Positions 26,384-30,501 of a stretch of 30,501 bases of DNA are shown in pieces. The DNA is from an uncultured Actinomycetes bacterium (GTDB taxonomy: Bacteria > Actinomycetota > Actinomycetes > Nanopelagicales > Nanopelagicaceae). The position numbers and the translations under genes are program-made. Under the pieces are notes generated by a model. It was not told where the DNA came from. It saw nothing but the letters and a program-made list of their open reading frames with translations, and did no database searches. Position 1 is the first letter of the stretch; every line of letters begins with the position of its first letter. The stretch covers positions 1 to 30,501 of the forward strand of contig CAIUHY010000120.1 in NCBI GenBank assembly GCA_903899145.1, in the 5' to 3' direction.

Positions 26384-27369
26384 TGGCTTTCGGTATCCCA
26401 GTAGGCGATATAAAACTTGAGAGATCACTCAAGAAGGATATGTTACGTGTTGAGGATTTGTTACGCTCTCATATTCAAGGCGACTACCCTCTCGTTGTCG
26501 AAACATCTCGCCACCTTGTTCAAGCAGGGGGTAAGCGTTTGCGCCCATTGCTCACACTCCTAGGAGCACAATTTGGTGACCCAACCAAAGATGGAATTAT
26601 TCAAGCAGCTGTTGTCTGCGAACTTACACATCTGGCAACTTTGTATCATGATGATGTTATGGATGAAGCAGCCCTTCGCCGCGGTGTTGTAAGTGCAAAT
26701 GAGCGATGGGGCAATACCATCGCAATTCTTACGGGAGATTACCTTTTTGCAAAAGCTTCAGACATGTTGGCAGACCTTGGCCCTGAAGCGGTTCGTTTGC
26801 AAGCACGAACATTTGAGCGCTTAGTAATTGGCCAGATTTCTGAAACTCAAGGAACTACAGCTGGTCTTTCACTTCTTGACCACTATCTCAAGGTAATTGC
26901 AGACAAAACAGGCTCCTTAATTGCAACATCAGCAAGATTTGGTGGATTACTCTCTGGCGCAAGCACGCAAGATGTTGAAGCCCTTACTCGTTTTGGCGAG
27001 AAGATTGGCATTGTTTTCCAATTAGCAGATGACGTTATTGATATTGCTAGTGAATCAAATGAGTCAGGAAAGACACCAGGAACAGATCTTCGTGAAGGTA
27101 TTCCAACACTAGTCACTTTATTTATCCTGGAATCAAATGATCCAGCTGACGCTGAACTTAAAGAGTTACTTGCAAAGCCAATTGTTGATGAAGCTCTTGT
27201 TGGGCAAACACTCAAGAAATTACGTATTCATCCAGCGCTGAAAAAGTCTCGAGACTTACTCCATGAATATGCCGCAAAGGCGGAAGAAGAAATAACGGGA
27301 CTACCTGATATTGCAGCGAAGCGCGCTTTAGTCGAGCTCTGCCAAACTATCATCACTCGTACTTCCTGA
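26383..27369 (+). CDS. grcC: Long-chain trans-polyprenyl diphosphate synthase (GrcC/HepT-like)
   Basis: GGKRLRP, FARM HDDVMD, SARM QLADDVID, GKTPGTDLREG. TAATG coupling to menG. Confidence 0.92.
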   Translation: MAFGIPVGDIKLERSLKKDMLRVEDLLRSHIQGDYPLVVETSRHLVQAGGKRLRPLLTLLGAQFGDPTKDGIIQAAVVCELTHLATLYHDDVMDEAALRRGVVSANERWGNTIAILTGDYLFAKASDMLADLGPEAVRLQARTFERLVIGQISETQGTTAGLSLLDHYLKVIADKTGSLIATSARFGGLLSGASTQDVEALTRFGEKIGIVFQLADDVIDIASESNESGKTPGTDLREGIPTLVTLFILESNDPADAELKELLAKPIVDEALVGQTLKKLRIHPALKKSRDLLHEYAAKAEEEITGLPDIAAKRALVELCQTIITRTS

Positions 27370-28227
27370 CTTCACTAGATCTACGGCAAGTGCTAATAGG
27401 GCAAGCCAGACAATAAAGAATCCAATCCAGCGTGCAGTTGTCATAACTTCATGGCGCACTAAAACCCCAATAAGAAATTGGACTGTAGGTGTGATGTATT
27501 GCAAAAGCCCGATGACTATATATGGCAATTTATTAGCAGAGCTATTAAACATTAATAATGGGATTGCGGTAACAACTCCAGCGAGAATAAGTAAAGTAGT
27601 CAGAGCCACATGATGACCAAATTGTCCTGTTCCTTTATTCCCAATCCATAGTAAATATCCACCGTATGGCAAGAGTGATAAAAATGTTTCAATTGCTAGT
27701 CCTTGAAGAGCTTCAAGCCCTAATTGCTTTTTAATCAGTGCATAAAAAGCCCATGAGCCAGCAAGTGCGAGGGCTATCCATGGTGGGCGTCCATAGTCAA
27801 CTGTTAAAATAATGACACCAATTAGCGCTATACCCACAGATACCCATTGCCACTTACGCATCTTCTCTTTGAGCAGAAGAACACCGAAAGCAATAATGAT
27901 CAGAGGGTTGATGTAGTAGCCAAGGGCACACTCCACAACATGTCCGTGGTTTACACCCCAGATATAAACGAGCCAATTGACTGAAATTAAACAGGTTGAA
28001 AGAAGAAGACGAAGAACTATTCGTGGGATACGCATAAGTGCAAGCGTTGAGCGAAGTTTGTGAGAATATGTAAGAGCTGCAACACAAACAACAAAAGTCC
28101 ACACCGCACGGTGAGCAACAATTTCAATTGAGTTTGCGGGTTCAAGAAGTGGCCAATACAAAGGGAATAGGCCCCAAAAAAGGTATGCCCCAACTCCTAG
28201 CAATAAACCTAATCGGTAATTTTTCAC
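27328..28227 (-). CDS. rarD: EamA/DMT-family permease RarD (299 aa; start corrected to GTG 28227)
   Basis: AYLFWGLFPLYW, EIVAHR..W, NWLVYIW, ALGYYINPL, GLLQYITPT and 10 TM pattern. Confidence 0.92.
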   Translation of the reverse strand: MKNYRLGLLLGVGAYLFWGLFPLYWPLLEPANSIEIVAHRAVWTFVVCVAALTYSHKLRSTLALMRIPRIVLRLLLSTCLISVNWLVYIWGVNHGHVVECALGYYINPLIIIAFGVLLLKEKMRKWQWVSVGIALIGVIILTVDYGRPPWIALALAGSWAFYALIKKQLGLEALQGLAIETFLSLLPYGGYLLWIGNKGTGQFGHHVALTTLLILAGVVTAIPLLMFNSSANKLPYIVIGLLQYITPTVQFLIGVLVRHEVMTTARWIGFFIVWLALLALAVDLVKSGSTSDDSLAELD

Positions 28228-28234
28228 AAAACCA

Positions 28235-28723
28235 CTATCTGTAGTTCGTAAACTGGACTGAAAAATCCCACGGGTGATTTTTAACAAGCGCTATTGCTGT
28301 TTGTAAATCATCACGGCTCTTGCTAGTCACGCGGAGCTCTTCGCCTTGAATTTGAGTTTTGATCGCCTTGGGACCCTCATCACGAATGAGTTTTGCAATC
28401 TTCTTTGCATTCTCAGTAGTTATTCCTTCTTTTAATGAGCAAGTAATCTTGTATACCTTGCCACTTAATTGTGGTTCTGAGGAATCTAAATGCTTAAGTG
28501 ATACTCCACGTTTAATAAGTTTGTCTTTAAAGACATCAAGTGCCGATTTAGCTTTTTCTTCCGAATCTGCCTCGATATTAAACTTTTCACCAGATTTTTC
28601 AATCTTGGTTCCAGTATTTTTAAAATCAAAGCGCGTTGAAATTTCACGATCACACTGGTTAAAGGCGTTATCTACTTCCATATGATCAACTTTTGAGACT
28701 ATATCAAAACTTGAATCAGCCAT
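28235..28723 (-). CDS. yajQ: YajQ-family (UPF0234) nucleotide-binding protein, 162 aa; start corrected to ATG 28723
   Basis: [32 protein letters not shown] and QFTNYR. SD AGGAGG at 28735-28730. Confidence 0.95.
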   Translation of the reverse strand: MADSSFDIVSKVDHMEVDNAFNQCDREISTRFDFKNTGTKIEKSGEKFNIEADSEEKAKSALDVFKDKLIKRGVSLKHLDSSEPQLSGKVYKITCSLKEGITTENAKKIAKLIRDEGPKAIKTQIQGEELRVTSKSRDDLQTAIALVKNHPWDFSVQFTNYR

Positions 28724-30146
28724 TATGCGCCTCCTGCTTTTTGATCGACGTTCTAGATAAAAGGACATGACCAACAAAGCCTATGGCTAATGCAACAATG
28801 ATTCCAACGTTTGCACTTGCCCAGATTCCACTCTTACCGCCTATGAGCCCCATGAAGTAGCCCTGCCACGACAACCATCCAGCAAACGTATTTGTGACAA
28901 AGCCCCATCCGACAAATGTCCCAAAGATAACAAGCCCAATTGAACGATAGTTCCAGAGGCCATATCGACCCGTAGTGCTAAATAAGTCTTTTTCAGAGTA
29001 GTCAGCTTTGCGCATAAGAATGTCTGCAACAAATATTGTTGACCACACCGCAATTGGAACACCGAGGGTGATGAGGAATCCTTGGAATGGTCCAATAAAA
29101 TTAGGCGCAATCCATACTATATAAATAGTTCCAAGTGCCATGATCGATGCGTCAATCGACGCTGCAACATGGCGCTTCACAGGAAGCCCAATAGAGACCA
29201 AGGTGATTCCAGAAGAGTAAAGGTCTAAAATTGCTCCTCCAATAAGGCCAAGGACTGCAACAATGACAAAAGGAATCAAATACCACGTTGGGAGCAATGT
29301 AGTAAGTGCGCCAATAGGATCATTTGCAATAGCTATATTTAATCCCTTTGAGCTTGCTGCAAGGCTGGCCCCATAAATAACTAAAATAATAGGGACAATA
29401 GATGCGCCAAATACCGTCCAGCTAATTACTTGTTTGCTTGATGTGCTGCGGGGTAAATACCTAGAGTAATCCGCAGCAGAATTAACCCAACCAAGACCGA
29501 TTCCTGTTATTCCAAAGATCATCGCTCCGATAAAGCCTTGAATACTTCCTGAATGGACACTGCTCACCAGATGCCAATTGATTTTGCTCAAGGTCAGAGC
29601 AATATATCCTGCGGTGAGCACAAGAGTGGCAGTTGTGAGCCACTTTTGAATCTTCATAATAGTGTGGAAACCAAGTACTCCGCCAAAGACAACTAAACCA
29701 GCAGATACGAGAAACCCGAGCACCCCTGCAAGATTATGGTTTATATGACCAACTCGCGTGAAGACAGTTTGTGTAGCAAGTGTTGCAAGTGCAACTAGAA
29801 CTGTCTCCCAACCAACAAATATTAAATAAGAAAGAAATCCAGGAATAATATTTCCTTTTACGCCAAATGCTGCTCGTGAAAGTGTCATGGTTGGTGCGTT
29901 AGAGCGCTTACCTGCAATTGAGCTCACTCCGACTAATGCGAAGGAACCTGCAGTTCCAACCACAGCGGCAATGCTTGCTTGCCAGAAGGAGATTCCAAAA
30001 CCGAGAAAAAATGAACCATAGGAGAGTGCTAGTAGAGAAACGTTACCAGCAGCCCATGGCCAGAAAAGTGAGCGGGCGGTGCCTTTGCGCTCGCTCTCTG
30101 AGATAAAATTAATACCATTAAGTTCAAGAGAATTGAAGATTTTCAC
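28716..30146 (-). CDS. NCS1-family purine/cytosine permease-like transporter (476 aa; start likely GTG 30146)
   Basis: LELNGINFI...ERKG..RSLFWPW...[23 protein letters not shown] and DLYS.G. TACAGT + 6 nt + GTG at 30146. Substrate not assignable. Confidence 0.87.
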   Translation of the reverse strand: MKIFNSLELNGINFISESERKGTARSLFWPWAAGNVSLLALSYGSFFLGFGISFWQASIAAVVGTAGSFALVGVSSIAGKRSNAPTMTLSRAAFGVKGNIIPGFLSYLIFVGWETVLVALATLATQTVFTRVGHINHNLAGVLGFLVSAGLVVFGGVLGFHTIMKIQKWLTTATLVLTAGYIALTLSKINWHLVSSVHSGSIQGFIGAMIFGITGIGLGWVNSAADYSRYLPRSTSSKQVISWTVFGASIVPIILVIYGASLAASSKGLNIAIANDPIGALTTLLPTWYLIPFVIVAVLGLIGGAILDLYSSGITLVSIGLPVKRHVAASIDASIMALGTIYIVWIAPNFIGPFQGFLITLGVPIAVWSTIFVADILMRKADYSEKDLFSTTGRYGLWNYRSIGLVIFGTFVGWGFVTNTFAGWLSWQGYFMGLIGGKSGIWASANVGIIVALAIGFVGHVLLSRTSIKKQEAHNG

Positions 30147-30290
30147 AACAGAACTGTATTCCACCCGTTGGCATTGGTCTTGAAATTAAAGCAAACTAGG
30201 GCATTAAAAAATTACAGCATATTTTGACCGGCAGCATATTTGCTATCGCGGTTATAGGAAAAATGCGTACCAAAATGCATACTATTTATA

Positions 30291-30323
30291 CGAGTGAAGT
30301 CACTCGATTACTCGGCTGAGTAA
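30291..30323. repeat. Two adjacent 16-bp palindromes built from four TYACTCR heptamers
   Basis: CGAGTGA-AG-TCACTCG (30291-30306), then A, then TTACTC-GGCT-GAGTAA (30308-30323). Confidence 0.8.
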
Positions 30324-30364
30324 AAATACAGTAATCTGAGCGTGCTGCAGCGATGACTAACCCT

Positions 30365-30449
30365 GGCGGGTTGCCCGAGCGGCCAATGGGAGGGGACTGT
30401 AAATCCCCCGGCTCTGCCTTCGAAGGTTCAAATCCTTCACCCGCCACCA
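30365..30449 (+). tRNA. tRNA-Tyr (GTA), type II, CCA encoded
   Basis: Acceptor stem GGCGGGT/ACCCGCC, discriminator A and CCA. D-arm CCC..GGG, anticodon arm GGGGA-CTGTAAA-TCCCC (GTA at 30399-30401), variable arm GGC-TCT-GCC, T-arm GAAGG-TTCAAAT-CCTTC. Confidence 0.98.
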
Positions 30450-30501
30450 GATAGCTGATCTATATATCAAGCGTATTTATATGTAATTGTGCGACCTTTC
30501 G

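Noticed and set aside
870-30106. About 30 short ORFs (60-125 aa) in the track, e.g. 870-1103, 2453-2764, 8848-9225, 9599-9961, 10667-11023, 17235-17591, 20380-20715, 26883-27215, 28359-28685
   Set aside because: All lie antisense to or out of frame within well-supported genes, with no SD or promoter support and no recognisable motifs.
30165-30296. Possible purine riboswitch on the minus strand upstream of the NCS1 permease (starts CACTCGTATAA, like the P1-J1/2 of purine aptamers)
   Set aside because: No AUAUGG loop, GUUUCUACC junction or CCGUAAA loop, and no downstream P1 partner (CGAGTG). The permease also appears leaderless. A TPP aptamer core was not found either.
30456-30469. TGAT-N6-ATCA inverted repeat after the tRNA as an FNR/CRP-like site
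   Set aside because: Wrong spacer for the FNR consensus (TTGAT-N4-ATCAA) and only 4-bp arms in AT-rich DNA.
1-30501. CRISPR arrays, IS elements, integrases, prophage, toxin-antitoxin or defence genes, and pseudogenes
   Set aside because: No spaced repeat arrays, transposase or integrase motifs, or frameshifted genes were seen. Nearly all bases are accounted for by intact core genes.

Overview
This is a very densely packed, low-GC (roughly 42-44% by eye) actinobacterial chromosomal segment. Gene content and compaction fit a streamlined freshwater lineage such as acI/Nanopelagicales (inference). It is mostly core genome: clpC (3' part), mutY-radA plus a Cys-cluster protein, proC, a glutaredoxin-like gene, bacterial XPB with its Helicase_C_3/WYL-like partner, a HAD hydrolase, the cytochrome c maturation system II operon (histidine phosphatase-resA-ccdA-resB-ccsA), the classical menaquinone cluster (menA,E,B,C,D,F,G and polyprenyl synthase), bioY, rarD, yajQ, an NCS1 permease and tRNA-Tyr(GTA). 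The gene order mirrors the ancestral actinobacterial proC...ccs...men...yajQ block, but hemA/C/D/B, hemL, disA, menJ, menH and menI are not in the window. The only accessory-looking part is a convergent pair of secreted proteins (4435-7766): a beta-propeller-like protein and a 792-aa leishmanolysin-like metzincin-Fn3-beta-propeller protein. Non-coding signals include many TANNNT-N6-start (leaderless) promoters, bidirectional -10 elements and a four-heptamer double palindrome upstream of the tRNA. I saw no mobile element, CRISPR array or defence system. I cannot claim a clearly new system; the best candidates are the secreted pair, the XPB/partner module and the Cys-cluster-radA-mutY operon. 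All family assignments come from motif recognition, not database searches. Several ORF-track starts were corrected.
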